A stretch of 59,316 nucleotides of DNA, counting the filler, from Sphacelaria rigidula (taxonomy: Eukaryota): the NCBI GenBank assembly GCA_964200075.2. It is 8 parts of 8 records of this genome, joined end to end, with 100 filler letters (N's around TTAATTAATTAA, not from the genome) between each part and the next. Parts side by side here need not be neighbours in the genome. Positions count along the whole stretch, not along the records: positions 1 to 7,328 come from CAXNAA020015423.1; positions 7,429 to 14,756 come from CAXNAA020015424.1; 6 more parts are not named here. One strand, 5' to 3'. Position 1 is the first letter of the stretch. Each line of letters starts with the position of its first letter. The position numbers were made by a program, and so were the translations under genes. Below, one piece after another: positions 1 through 11,939 of the stretch. The notes beneath the pieces are model-generated. The model worked only from the letters and a program-made list of their open reading frames with translations. It was not told where the DNA came from and ran no database searches.

Positions 1-977
1 CCCCCAGCAGCCCTATACCCATTGGCGCCGCACCCCTACAAAGCCGGGACGGAGCACGCCGGGTGGGGAAGGGGGGGAGGGGCTGGTCTGCAGCTGGTAG
101 GGCGTCATTGAACAACAGGTTGCTACTTACCTGGCACCCCAATGTGCGTGTACTCTACACCAAATCCATGCGCCCACGACTTTACAACGAGAGCATAGGC
201 AGCGCCCACCGTACTCAGTATCCCGTGAGAGCATCAAGCGTTCCCATGATGGACGCACACATTGTAAACTCGGGAAAAGTTTACGGGTTGCAGTGAGCCT
301 TCGTGCAGCCCTCGATGCTGGTATGTCAAGGTTGTACCACCGGGGCGTAGGAGATGGGATCATCCCTCGACACATCAAAAGTAGTAGAAATGCCACGTTA
401 GGGGGTGCACTTTTTGGTTCTATGAAAGGGCCTTTTTCTCATAGGAGCACAAATATCTCGAGCTTTTTGTGCAGCCCTGACCCTTTGGGAACCCGACTCC
501 CTGAAACATGGTGTTTGCCCGCAGGAGCCTTGTCGTTAATAATAGGCATCATTTTCAGTCTATTTCAAGTAAAAAATGATGCCAATTCACAAACTGGCCC
601 CTCCAACACCCTGGAGAAGCCCCGAGAACCCTTTTTGCTTAAAAAACTGCATCCCGTACCGTGGCATTACTCCTTGCCACGAGGAAGGGGAGTCGAAAAT
701 GGACAGCATGACGACTGACAACACTGCACTCCAACCAGAGAACACTGGCTACAGTTGGGGGGCGATGTCGATGCTCCAGTTGTATAGTGCGGGTTCGTGG
801 ATGTCCTGTAGTAGTGCGCAAAACACAGGTTGGTGGCTCCAGGGGAGAAGCGACCAAAAAATTTGGTCGTATACCTATACTTGATTTTTGGAACAAACTA
901 TTTAACAATAAGCCTAAGCCCAACCCTAACCCTAAGCCCGACCCACGGCGTACGAGACCCTCGGGCAAGGAGGGTGC

Positions 978-1224
978 TGTGACGAAAATACGCCGTCACG
1001 TTGAGTCGGTAGCAATGATCTGGATAACGACTGGAGGCACGGAATTCTGGATAATGACCGGGACACGGGGATGATACCCTGCGTGTCTAGAAGGTTGGTG
1101 CATGGTAGGGTACTCCTGATCATATGAGATGTTGTAAAGGCTGACAACTGCAACTAAGGCCAGTGAGACTGGAAAGTCCCTCAACAGCAGTGACCCACCA
1201 GTCCTTCTTTTGGCTCGAGTCACA
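978..1224 (+). repeat. LTR (5' copy)
   Basis: TGTGAC...GTCACA termini; about 87% identical by eye to 5412-5679. Confidence 0.85.
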
Positions 1225-2089
1225 ATGTCGATATTAGTGCTAGAAATAGTGCCTAGCAAAACCCGCTGGAAGGATTTCGGCGGAGAGTCTGGCGGCTGGG
1301 GACAACCTAAAGCATCACGGACGCGTGAAGGGGGTTCAAGCTGATGGTTGCTGCAGAAAGGCGGCTGACCTGTGATTGATCCAGACTGGAGACTTGCTGA
1401 AGCTGCGTGCAGCGGGAGTTTGGAGGCTCTCACGACTGTGTGGTGCGGCGACAAAGCAAGGAAGTGTGCAATTCGCGAAGGTCCGCTGGCCTGCGAAAGG
1501 TTCGCACGTAGCCGGTTGCAGCTATGGCGACCGGCTCGCGTAGAACGACCAGCGTGACGCCCGTGGTTATACGGCAAGAGTTGTGATCTCCTCAATACGG
1601 GGGTAGGTACTCCAAGAGTGCATCTCGCACTTTCTATACGAAGTACTCCACGGCGGCGGCGAATCCTCCGGCGGTGGAGGGTCGCAGTCGAGTTCTCAGC
1701 AGCAGCAGCAGCGGCGGCGGCGTCAGCACGGGTCTGGTTCTGGGTTTGGCGCCGCCGTAGCTGCTGCTGCTCCGCAACACGCGATGCAGATGGGACCGAT
1801 TTGTATCGTGTCAAACACGGCGCCGGCGTCGATGGCGACACCGGCAGCAGCGCCAGGCGCGACGCCTGCTGATGCGCTGGTCGGAGGTTCGCCAAAATCT
1901 TGCTCTGCTGGCTGGGGATCGTACCCGCCGGCGGTGCCGTTTCAGCCTGCCGGTGCGTGTTCGCCTCCGCAGCTTGCTCAGCCGTGGCGTCAAGTGGGAT
2001 TAGCGGCGCATCGGTCGGCGAATAAAGTGCCAGTGGAGTTTGCGCACAAATACGTTCCTGCGGAGCTGTGTCTTTCAAATCAACGGGAG

Positions 2090-5000
2090 CGTGGAGTCAT
2101 TGCGGTTCGGGCTATGCGGAATTCTGGCGCCCACTTCACGAGTCATGTGGGTCTGTCGGTGCAGATTGTAGAGATGTTGGAGCGTCTTCTCCCGGCTGTG
2201 CCGCTGCGCATTGCGTTTTCGCTCAGGGCGCGGCAGGCCGTCACCGCGTCGGGTCAGCATGTTCACGTCGCAGAGCGTACTGTTTCGCTGCAGCTGACTT
2301 TTACGACTTCCTGGGGGCCGGCGCCGGCGCCTTCTATCTCGTTTGTGATTATGCCGGGATCGGATGGCATCATTCTTCTGGGGTTGCCGACGCTTCAGGA
2401 CCTTGGAGTCGACTCGAATGCGCGGTTGCGGGACTCCACGAAGACGCAGATGTCTGGTCTGCGCTAGGAGACGCCCGCCTTTTTGGGTAGTCGTCGCGTG
2501 AGCTTGTCGGTGGATGCTTTTCAGGGGGCTGGGGGGCAGGTAACCGAAGAGCGGGATGCGGCAGTGGAGCGCTTGGTAGAGCGCGGCCCGGGGATGTTCT
2601 TGGCTCCGGCGGAAGAGGAGTCCGCTCGAAAGGTCGCCCTGGAGGAGAGCGTGACGGATGCTGTGGCGAAAGGCCTCAGCGACTCAAAAGCGGAGCGCCT
2701 GCGCGGCATATTGCATCGCCGCGTCAACGCGTTTAATCGTGCGCTGCGGGGTGATCTCCCTGCGCGCGTGGAGCCCATGCGTGTTCAGCTAAAACCTGGG
2801 GCGTCCGCGGTGAAGACGAAGCCGCGGCCGTACGATCCCGTGAAGTCAAGTTAACTGGCGTCATGCACGGCGGCTCTTTTGGCGCTCGGGTTGGTGATAG
2901 GGAACTTGCAGGCGGGGTGGTCCAGTCCAGATATGGCGTTTCCGAAGAAGGCTACATCGTGGACGGAGGGCACATTGCAGGCGTGGGCGGCAGCGAAGGA
3001 TCTGGTGGCTCATGCCGTGACGCTGTTCTATCCTCGTCCTGATTATCAGGCGTTGATGTTTCCGGATGCATCTGAGTGCCATTGGGGTAGTTTTCTCGCG
3101 CAGGTGCCTAGAGTTGAAATGCAAAGACGCTTACCGGTCGAGGATATGACGCATGAACCACTGGCTCCCCTCAGTGGTAGTTTCAAGGGTTCTCAGTTGC
3201 GTTGGGCCACAATTGACACGGGAGGGTTTGCTATCGTGAGCACTTCTCGTCGTTTGGAGCATCTTCTGTGGGATGGCGTGCACATTTTCACGGATCGGAC
3301 GAATCATAGCCGAATCGAATCACCAAATCCGCGATTTTTCAGGCCTGGTTGCTCGAAAAAGAGAAAAACGTTGACCGCTGTTCCAAAAAGTTTAGGCGCA
3401 ATTTTTGCGCCATTCCACGCGCCTGGGCTGCACGTACCTGGGTTGCAACGCTGGTAACACTGCCCAAGAATTGATTCGTACGGTACGAATCAAATACCAC
3501 CTAAATCGAGTAACTTCGAGACGAATCATCAATTCGTCCGACCATTGCACACTTTCATGGATCACCGAAATCCTGTTTACATTTTCAACCCGGAAGCGTG
3601 CGTTACGTTTGTGTCGAAGGCATTGGCGCAACGTTTGGTTGGAAAGCTGTTCTTGGCCGGTATCGTTGCTCGATTTGCCATATTTCGGGTGACGGTACGT
3701 GACGCGTGGGGTGAATTGCTTTCGCGTTGGGTGAATATTCCGGCTTTGCCTGTGCGCGCTGTGGCTGTGTATGGTCCGTGTGAACCTGATGACTCGATGC
3801 CGTCCAAATCTGTTGTCCGCCAAGCGCAACGAAAAGACCTTGGGGCCGAAGACGCGGATGTGCAATCTTTCGAGTCGGACGTTGGTACTGCTATCTTGGA
3901 CAAAGAAGGTCTGCTTCGTGTGCATGTGCGTGGCCGAAACGTTTCGTGGATTCCGAGTTCTGACAAGCACTTGCAAGGACGTCTGATTATTTGCGCGAAC
4001 ATGCACGACGCCAGGCATCGTGGTTTGGCTGCGACGCTCGTGCGCTTGCAAGAGTTTTGTGTCTGGCAGGGGATAGAAACTCATGTGCGCGATTTTGACC
4101 GCCAGTGTCTTCACTGCGCTGACTCGAGGGCGGGCGATGCTGTTCCCCGCCCGCTCGGTAAAACGATCCATGGGACCATGCCGAATGAAGTCGTTAATTT
4201 TGACTCCTTGTACGTGGGCGATAGTGGCCCCCTATCTTCCCAAGGCTTGTCGGAGCATGCTGGGTTTCGATACATTTTGGTTATCATGAATGATTTCAGC
4301 AACTTCGTGTCTCTGGAACCAGTAGCAGTGTGTACTGCTGAATCGACTGCTGCATGTTTGCCAAATTGGTGCAAGACTTTTGGGGTGCCACGTGTGTGGG
4401 TGAGTGACACCGCCACGCATTTCAAGAATGCGATCTTGGCCCGACTGCGAGAGGCTTTGCACGTTCATCACCAGTTTGCGGTGGCGTATTCTCCGTGGTC
4501 TAACGGCACGTGCGAACGCATGGTCAAGGAAGTAGTTCGTGCTCTTCGATCTATTCTTCTCGAGCAGCGTAGAGCGGTTCCCGAGTGGGTGGACGTGTTG
4601 CCTGCGGTGCAATGAGCGCTCAATACAGAGTATCGTCGTCGTTACGATAGTACGCCGTACCACGTGATGTTTGGTCGTGTCCCTCGGATGTCTTTCTCGG
4701 TGTTGGCATCTTCGTCGACGGGGGAATAGAATCATGATGTCTTGGATGATGGTTGAATTAAGCGTGCATTGCAAGGAGTCTCGGAACGTACAAGAACATT
4801 TCCACGTTCAAGTGCAGGAACGTGTTGCCGCTGAACGTGCGCGTAGACGTGAGGGGTGCTCGTCGGGGCTGTAATTGCCGAATTTCGAGGTAGGCGACCA
4901 CGTCTTGTACGCACGCATGCGTCGTCCGGGTGTTACGCCCAAGTTGATGGCGACTTGGACTGGTCCATGGAGAGTGGTTGGGGCTCACCACCCGCACGTG

Positions 5001-5350
5001 TTTGAGATTCAGAACATTGTTTCGGGTCGTGTTCAGACCGCCCATGTAGCTCGTTTGCGTTTTTATGCAGACTCGCAGCTTTATGTTACGGCTGACGTTA
5101 AGGACGTGTTCCAGCGCGCTTTCAATCAGGGGCAATTTCAGATGGCAAGTATTGTTCGAGTGGCAGAAGGAGAAGATTGTAAGTTGATGGTGTTGGTCGA
5201 CTGGGTTGGTTTCGAAGTTGAGGCACATAGGAGCTCTTCAACGATATTTTTGAGGCCGCTCCGGAATTTCTTATGAAGGAGTTGCGTGAATTGCGCGTGA
5301 CTCGTGCCGTTGCTGCTCGCATTACGAGTGAGTTTGGTGTTCAGTTGTGA
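2090..5350 (+). pseudogene. pol: gypsy pol pseudogene (aspartic protease, RT fragment, RNase H, DDE integrase, chromodomain)
   Basis: Protease-like RNSGA...ILLGLPTL; RT N-terminal LKPGASAVKTKPRPY; RNase H MFPDASECHWG...HIFTD/HRN; integrase HHCC (HDARH...CLHC), FDSLY, SDTATHF with D-35-E to NGTCER; WTGPW; chromodomain-like FQMASIV...VLVDWVGFE; several stops and frameshifts. Confidence 0.9.
3287..3543. mobile_element. piggyBac-type MITE copy without TTAA termini, inside the RNase H region
   Basis: Inverted ends TCGGACGAAT...ATTCGTCCGA; homologous in reverse orientation to the TTAA-flanked copy at 27435-27701. Confidence 0.75.
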
Positions 5351-5411
5351 CTTGCTCATCGTTTCGGCGATGCTTGTTGCTCGATTCTCGTCCAACGCGC
5401 TTTAGGGGTGC

Positions 5412-5679
5412 TGTGACGAAAATACGTCGTTACGCTGAGTTGGTAGTGATGATCTGAATAATGACTGGGGGCGCGGGGATTCTGGAGGATTCTGGAGGAT
5501 TCTGGATAATGACCGGGACACGGGGGTGATACCCTGCGTGTCTGGAAGGTTGATGCCTGGTAGGGCACTCCTGATAGGATGATATGTTGTAAAGGCTGAC
5601 AACTGAAACTGAGGCCAGTGAGACCGGGGAGTCCCTCGACAGCAGTGATCTACCAGTCCTTCTTCTGGCTGGCGTCACA
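5412..5679 (+). repeat. LTR (3' copy)
   Basis: TGTGAC...GTCACA termini; preceded by AGGGGTGC; internal GGATTCTGGA x3 expansion. Confidence 0.9.
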
Positions 5680-6581
5680 GTGCATAGGTTCCCCTGGGCA
5701 AAGTGTGCGTTGGTACACCTGAAAACGACGCCGCAGGCGCCGACTTCGACAAATACACGTTGTGGACGAGCTGGGTCCACTGCTCACCTGCCCCAAGCCA
5801 TGGATTTTCTCATAACTTTCTCAAGTCTTAAATCAAGTAGTCATGTTGTCAACCATAGATATACGACCAAAGCTGCAGGTCTACTGCCAGAGGAAGCAAG
5901 TTTCTCGCTGGGGAACCAGACAGCTAGCAAGCTGTTCATCGTGGAGAGTGACCTCTCGCAGATGTTGTGTGGGGGACCGTGAACACGAAGCACCAAGAAC
6001 GCCAAGAGCATGCCCTTCATACGACGAATTGAAAATAGCAGATAGCATGCCATACCCGCACTCTGCGTATAACGTCCCTAAAACAGCACCTTTTCAAAGG
6101 AACCTCCCACACTTTGGCGGGACCAGCTTCTAGAAACCAGCGAACGCATGATGGTCGCCAGTGAAAAACTGATCCAACAGTAGAAAGGAACATCAAACAC
6201 GTCAGTAGGCGTGCGACAACTTACGCATAGAACGAGTGTGAGCACCGAAAACTCAAGAAAAGTGCTGCTTGTGTGAGGTACAAAGTAGGCAGCAGCCCCT
6301 CACCGTACCAGCAGTTTCAAACCGACGTGACACACCTTGATCCAGGGATGGAACATGATACATATACCGGAGGGGAAAGAAAAAGAGCGTGCAACTCCAC
6401 AACAGCACCGTTTTGACCTCTCACTCGAAAGTGTAGGAATCACTGGTACAACATACGTACCAAGACAAAATCAACATTTCATCCAACGCTGTTTTGGCAT
6501 TTGTAACACCATGCTCAGAACACCACCACCACCCCCACCAACAACAACAACAACGACACCAACACCAACAACTGTACATAC

Positions 6582-7175
6582 CTGTATCGCAGCAGCGAAC
6601 AACCCAGGCAGCTTCCCCATCGCCCCCAAAATCGCCTCTGCCGCTGCGGCTCGCGCAGCGGGTCGAGGATACTCTCGCACCGCCACCAGCTCCGTCATCA
6701 CCTCACACGCAGCGCACGCCGTCGGCAGTGCCGCCGCCCCTCCCCCACCTGGCCCACCCTCCCCCGCGACCAACCTCACCAGCCGGTCCAACAAAAGGGG
6801 ACGATCGGTTGCCATCCCCCCCAGCGAAACGCCGAGCTTTGCCCACTCTTTCAGGCAGTCCAACGCCGCCAACACCACCTCTTCCGCCGCCCCTCCGGCC
6901 CCGCCGCAGCCCGCCGCGCCAATACCGCTCGCTTCTATGCGGAGACCCTCCCTCACTCCTGAACCGGTCCCCCCCTGGGCCCCGTCGCAACCGACACTCC
7001 CGCCGCCATTGACTCCGTTTTCAAGGACTGGTCCGCCAGATCCGCCACCCACGGACGATTCGGCGACGCAGCCCACCAGGACTGCCTCCAGCGCTTGCAA
7101 GACGGTTGAAGTGTGCTCACGTACTTGGTCCTGCAGTTCTAGCCGCCGCGCTCGGGATAAGTCGGCTCCATCCAC
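6582..7175 (-). CDS. Internal exon of an importin-beta/karyopherin-like (transportin-3/importin-13-like) HEAT-repeat protein
   Basis: 594-bp phase-0 exon bounded by AG and GTATGT; GC-rich coding with helical motifs AALDCLKEWAKLGV, LLDRLVRLV and AACEVMTELV. The family call is from recall, not a search. Confidence 0.6.
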
Positions 7176-7328
7176 CTGTTCCATTTGTTCATTTTTATGT
7201 TTTCGCGCCGGGGACGGGGGACGGGGGACGGGGGACGGGGGGCGGGGTGGGGGGGGGGGGGGGGTGGGGTTTGTTTTTTGGTTTTGTTTTTTGTGATTGG
7301 CTGTTGCTGGCGTCGCGGTTGGTGGGGG

Positions 7329-7428
7329 NNNNNNNNNNNNNNNNNNNNNNNNNNNNNNNNNNNNNNNNNNNNTTAATTAATTAANNNNNNNNNNNNNNNN
7401 NNNNNNNNNNNNNNNNNNNNNNNNNNNN
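7329..7428. other. Artificial contig-joining spacer (44N-TTAATTAATTAA-44N)
   Basis: 100-bp N run with a central six-frame-stop linker; the same spacer occurs seven times. Confidence 0.98.
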
Positions 7429-8280
7429 GGGGTGCTATCATAGAAATTGTCGTATGTAGAAAATAGTCCCGGAGAACGAACCCCTGACCGTTTTTTTTAG
7501 CCACGAGTGCACGCACAGTCAGCTTGTATCTCTTTGCTGAGCAGTTTTCAGTCTTGTGGGGTACATCCAATTTGTAAGTAGCGCACGCTGGCGAACGCCG
7601 TTGCTGTGACATATTTGAACGGCATACACGATCTTTTGTATATGCTTTTGGAAGCCGTCCTGAACAAGTCGGGGTAGGGCTGGCACACGAGCGAGCGTTT
7701 ATTTATCCTGTGCGCACATTACATCGTCTAAAATCTACGCACGTCTCTTCGGCTGTAGTGCTGCTGTACATGAACGGCGATGCATCTAAACACACGAACG
7801 CAGTGATGGCGCGTGTTCTACAGACGAAGTATGCCTTATTTCCTTGATTTAAGGCAGGCTCGGGCCCATGACTCTTTGACCTGAATTCCCGCGCCAGTGC
7901 CGGGCGGTAAGAGCACTGCGGATAATCGTACGTGTGTTGACTGCTGAGTTCAGTGGATATGCAACTTGCTGGGGGGGGCTCCGTGTCACGCCAGGCTTGA
8001 GTTCCTTTTGTGACCTACGATGAGGAGTGGACATGGACCGATCTCCTTCGCGTGATTGTCAAGTATATTGGAAACGATATAGTAAGAGTAAGCGGTGGAA
8101 GCCACAGAAAACGTAATTTTTGTGTATCGTTTGCATCCCGTGGAGGGTGCTTTGCCTGTGCTTATGTTCGTTTTGTTGTGCCCCTCGCCGTCTTCTCGCC
8201 CTCGCTGCTGTGTGCCCTACTAATTGTGTGTTCATGTGTGTATGTTCGTATGTACGCATACGTGTATGTGTGTAATGCAG

Positions 8281-8454
8281 TTCGTGACCCAGTACCAGCA
8301 AGCAGGGGGCAAGTACCGCATGCGCACCACCACGATCTGCGGAGGCTGGCAAAGTGATCCGCAGCAGCTGGACCCCCTGGTGAGGGGATTCGACCAGGAG
8401 GCAGCTGCTGTCCTGATGGCGAGGATTGCCGTGCACAGGACCGAGACAGAAGAG
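8281..8454 (+). CDS. SEC23: Sec23 COPII coat protein, exon (partial gene)
   Basis: FVTQYQ...RTTT...GFDQEAAAVLMARIA; AG/GT bounded, 174 bp. Confidence 0.95.
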
Positions 8455-8475
8455 GTAATAAGAGTTTCATGTATG

Positions 8476-9310
8476 CACACGTCGGGCAGGTTATGGGCTG
8501 CGTGGAATAACTACCACTCTGTCCCATATTATAAGGTTGATATGCTGGTCCCATAATATAAGGTCGGTTCCAGTTGAACGTATTGCGAATGGTTTGAAAC
8601 TGCCATCCTTCATGACAATGCTTTTGCAACAATTATAAGGCGGCCTGACACCAAAGTCCCACCTGGAACGCGGGGATTGTTCGTTACTCCCCCCCCCCCC
8701 CGGGGATACCCGGGGATACCCGGGGACGGCAGAGATTTCTCAAGTAAGGAAATATGGCTTTTTTCGAAACGCTCTTACGGGGCCAAGAAGTACTCTGTTT
8801 GCACCATTTTTGTCGTTGTTGTTTCTCATCTCTCTGGACTTCGACGCGAATGCCTATTTTCTGTATCAGCGATGGTATCGGTGCTCACCGAGTGAAATAT
8901 CCCAAACTCAAAAGCCCGTCCCACTTTGAGGCTAGAGGAGGGAACTTGAAAAAAAGAAGAGGTCAGGCATGCGGGGAAGAAAACGCGGTCGTTGCGGGGC
9001 TCGAATCCACGTCCAAAAAATCGACCTTGTAGTGGAGATTTCCTGTTTTTTTTGTCGATATCGACCTTATATTATGGGACAGAGTGGTAGTCGAGGAGGA
9101 CTCTCAGATTCGTTATTCAAGGCCACTAAAATGCGTGACAGTGGGGTCCGAGGACCCAGAGCACTGCCTTTGCGCACCTCTGCGTGCTTGGCGTCCAGCG
9201 CTGTAGGGAACGAATATGGAAGAAGGGGGACAAGTGAGCTAGCTCATGATCCGGATGGGTGGATTAATAAGAAGTATTATTCACGTAGCTCATGAGTTGT
9301 ACGACGTGTG
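8476..9310. mobile_element. hAT-type MITE in a Sec23 intron, containing a nested MITE
   Basis: TIR CACACGTCG...CGACGTGTG; perfect 8-bp TSD CATGTATG; same family as 41172-41427. Confidence 0.85.
8514..9087. mobile_element. Tc1/mariner-type (Stowaway-like) MITE
   Basis: TA-flanked TIR CCACTCTGTCCCATA(T/A)TATAAGG...CCTTATATTATGGGACAGAGTGG. Confidence 0.85.
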
Positions 9311-10239
9311 CATGTATGTCTTACTTGGTGCGGAGCACAGGTGGTTTTGGTAGGATTGGGGGTAGGGTAAAAACTATATCCAAGGCCACTGTGGTGTACC
9401 GCATATTTCGTCTGTCGATAGTCCGGGTATTCCGACACTCTCAACATCTCCGACGGTAGATATCCTGTGTGCCCTGGAGTATTGGGCAATCTAGAATATC
9501 CTGAAAACACAGGTTACCTTTAAGAGTACGGACCCTACTCACGAGTAATGGCGCAATAGCCCATCCCTTCCCCCCTCAGATCAATGGCTGGTTTGGAAAA
9601 GGAAAAATCTACATGTAAATTAAAAAGGCAAAATCCGAGCATGCCGAGCAACTTCCACGCTTGGGGTCGTTTTCACCAATGTCGCCCGTAAGAGTGGCTC
9701 AATGAAACCTAATATTAGCTATCATGCGATGTATGGCCGTTTTGTCCGTGACGGTTTTGGCGCTGGTTTCGAAGGAGGGTGTGCTGTTGCGGCATTAGTC
9801 TTTTTGGATCAAGAGGTTCAAGCTGGGCGGAAGAGGTGCTCGGTGTCGAATATCTTTATACAGAGGTTAACGGGGGTCTTATCATCTTCCCAGAAAGGCA
9901 CTGCAGATACCCTCCCCTCCTTAGGGGGGTAGCCAAATGATGGAGGTGTCTCTGAGCAGTAAGAACGATGTTTTGTATCGAAAGGATCAGTGCGGTCATA
10001 TTCACTGAGGCAACCAACGAATGAATTAGCCCCTCCCCCCCCCCCTAAACCCCTCAACCTCTTGACACCACGGACTCGTCCCGAACAAGAGAAGTCAGTT
10101 CGAAGTGATGACTGTTTTTTTTTTTCATGTCTGCCTCGTGCAACATTGCAAAATAACCTCCGAATATCATGTTACGTCAAGCGCGCACGCACGCACCACT
10201 TCGCACAATGGAGCTGATCGTACCACGAAGTGTTTATAT

Positions 10240-10548
10240 GGTGAGACACCCATGAGGCAGTGCATACATAGACTGTGGCTGTCTCTGGAAGTGGCGATAC
10301 CAGAGAATAATGCAACTCGTTGAAGGCTGTCATCCATATGCAAGATAATCAGCAGGCTTCGGACCGAAGAATCTCAGCAGGATGCGGTTCACCCTTCATG
10401 CGACTCGCCGAACACATCACGGTGCTTCGCGCTCGGTGATTGAGTGGGAGCCTGGTCCGGCGAGAACCCGGCGTGCTCCGTCCCGGGTTTGTAGGGATGC
10501 GAGGTCAATGGTCATATGGCTATGGCATGCATGACCATGAGTACCCCC
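10240..10548. repeat. Unclassified ~310-bp dispersed repeat (family B)
   Basis: GTGAGACACCCATGAGG...CATGAGTACCCCC; homologous to 14005-14313, 41113-41680 and 59208-59316, with fragments at 20-63, 37424-37452 and 44631-44684. Confidence 0.85.
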
Positions 10549-11064
10549 TCCCCCCCTCCCCCTCCTTCTAGAGGATAATGATCAAGTACAAGCGAAGCGA
10601 ATCAGGGTTGAAATGATAATCTGGTGAGGGGGAGGTTGGTGACGTTACTGATACATCATACTTTGTAGTAGTATACAAGAGCACCATGGGTGCAGTGTTC
10701 GTCTCCTCCTCCACTGAGAAGCACAGGTACAGCAGATGTCATCGTAAGTGGCAGTTTTGCACTCGACACAAGAAAGTCCTCTATCTAAAGACAACAGCAT
10801 TTTTTCTCAAGCGCGTGCAAAGCTAATAAACGTTACCCGCGAAGCGGTGAAAGAGGCAAGTAGGAGACAGCACAGTTACGAGTCGCAAAAAATTGGAAGC
10901 ACGTCCGTAGTGAGGATTTGGAACACCAAAAAGCTTTGGAACCCAGCAATAATGTCGGTCCCACGTACCCCATTCCCCGTGTTCCCCGCGCGCCTACGCC
11001 TATTCTTTCCTTCTGTTTCATTCATACCACTTTTTCCCTTTTGTTTAATGATGTCACGGGTTGA

Positions 11065-11325
<261 letters not shown>

Positions 11326-11825
11326 TGAGTCTAAAATCAGAAGTCGGAAAAATGTTATATGGTGCTGTGACTGGCCCGCTGCCCTTACACGCAACGAAAC
11401 CGCTTTCGCTTTTTTTAGCCGTCAGTGCATCCGAACACTTGCTTGCCGCCCTGCTGTCTTCCATGAAATATCGCCGCCACCGCCCCTCCCAATCTCCCCC
11501 CCCCCCCCCCCCCCCCCCACCCCCCCCCACATTCCACAAGCATCATACCAAGATTGTAAAAATTAGCAAAAATTACAAATGCGANNNNNNNNNNCCACTC
11601 CCCCCCCCCCCCCCTCTGGCCCAAGCAGACATTCCAAATGTCATGAGTCATTATCCAGAGATGTGAAAAATTGTCAAAAGTTCGAATTTCATGTCTGGGT
11701 TAAATATGCCTACGATTGCATCATGTCTGCCGTCAAGCATACCACCATCACCACCCCCCCCTCCCTAATCCCCTCTTCCGGCCACTACATTGACTTCGTA
11801 TGCGACCTTGTTTCCATTCTGTCAG

Positions 11826-11939
11826 CTGTTCAATTCATCCCCGGACGAAGCTAGCTACTACCGCGGCATCTTATGCCGTGAAAACACGGCCTCGTCGTTG
11901 GTCATGCTCCAGCCCAGCCTCCTCTCGTACTCGTTCCAG
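11826..11939 (+). CDS. SEC23: Sec23 exon
   Basis: LFNSSPDEASYYR...SLVMLQPSLLSYSFQ; AG/GT bounded, 114 bp. Confidence 0.95.

Larger units (their letters stand above)
978..5679 (+). mobile_element. Decayed Ty3/gypsy LTR retrotransposon (chromodomain-bearing), RT core deleted
   Basis: Two related LTRs (TGTGAC...GTCACA); domain order PR, RT N-terminus, RNase H, integrase, chromodomain; purine tract AGGGG before the 3' LTR; GTGC at 974-977 and 5680-5683 may be a 4-bp TSD. Confidence 0.85.

Noticed and set aside
996..2078. 360-aa minus-strand ORF overlapping the first LTR
   Set aside because: Low-complexity GC-rich frame running through an LTR; no recognisable domain
5788..6077. AG/GT-bounded exon-like segment on the minus strand downstream of the karyopherin exon
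   Set aside because: The frames I read contain stops and nothing links it to the karyopherin protein
6337..7296. 319-aa proline-rich plus-strand ORF
   Set aside because: Antisense shadow of the minus-strand exon plus microsatellite
7373..7384. TTAATTAATTAA palindrome recurring at about 7.4-kb spacing
   Set aside because: Assembly linker embedded in N runs, not biological periodicity
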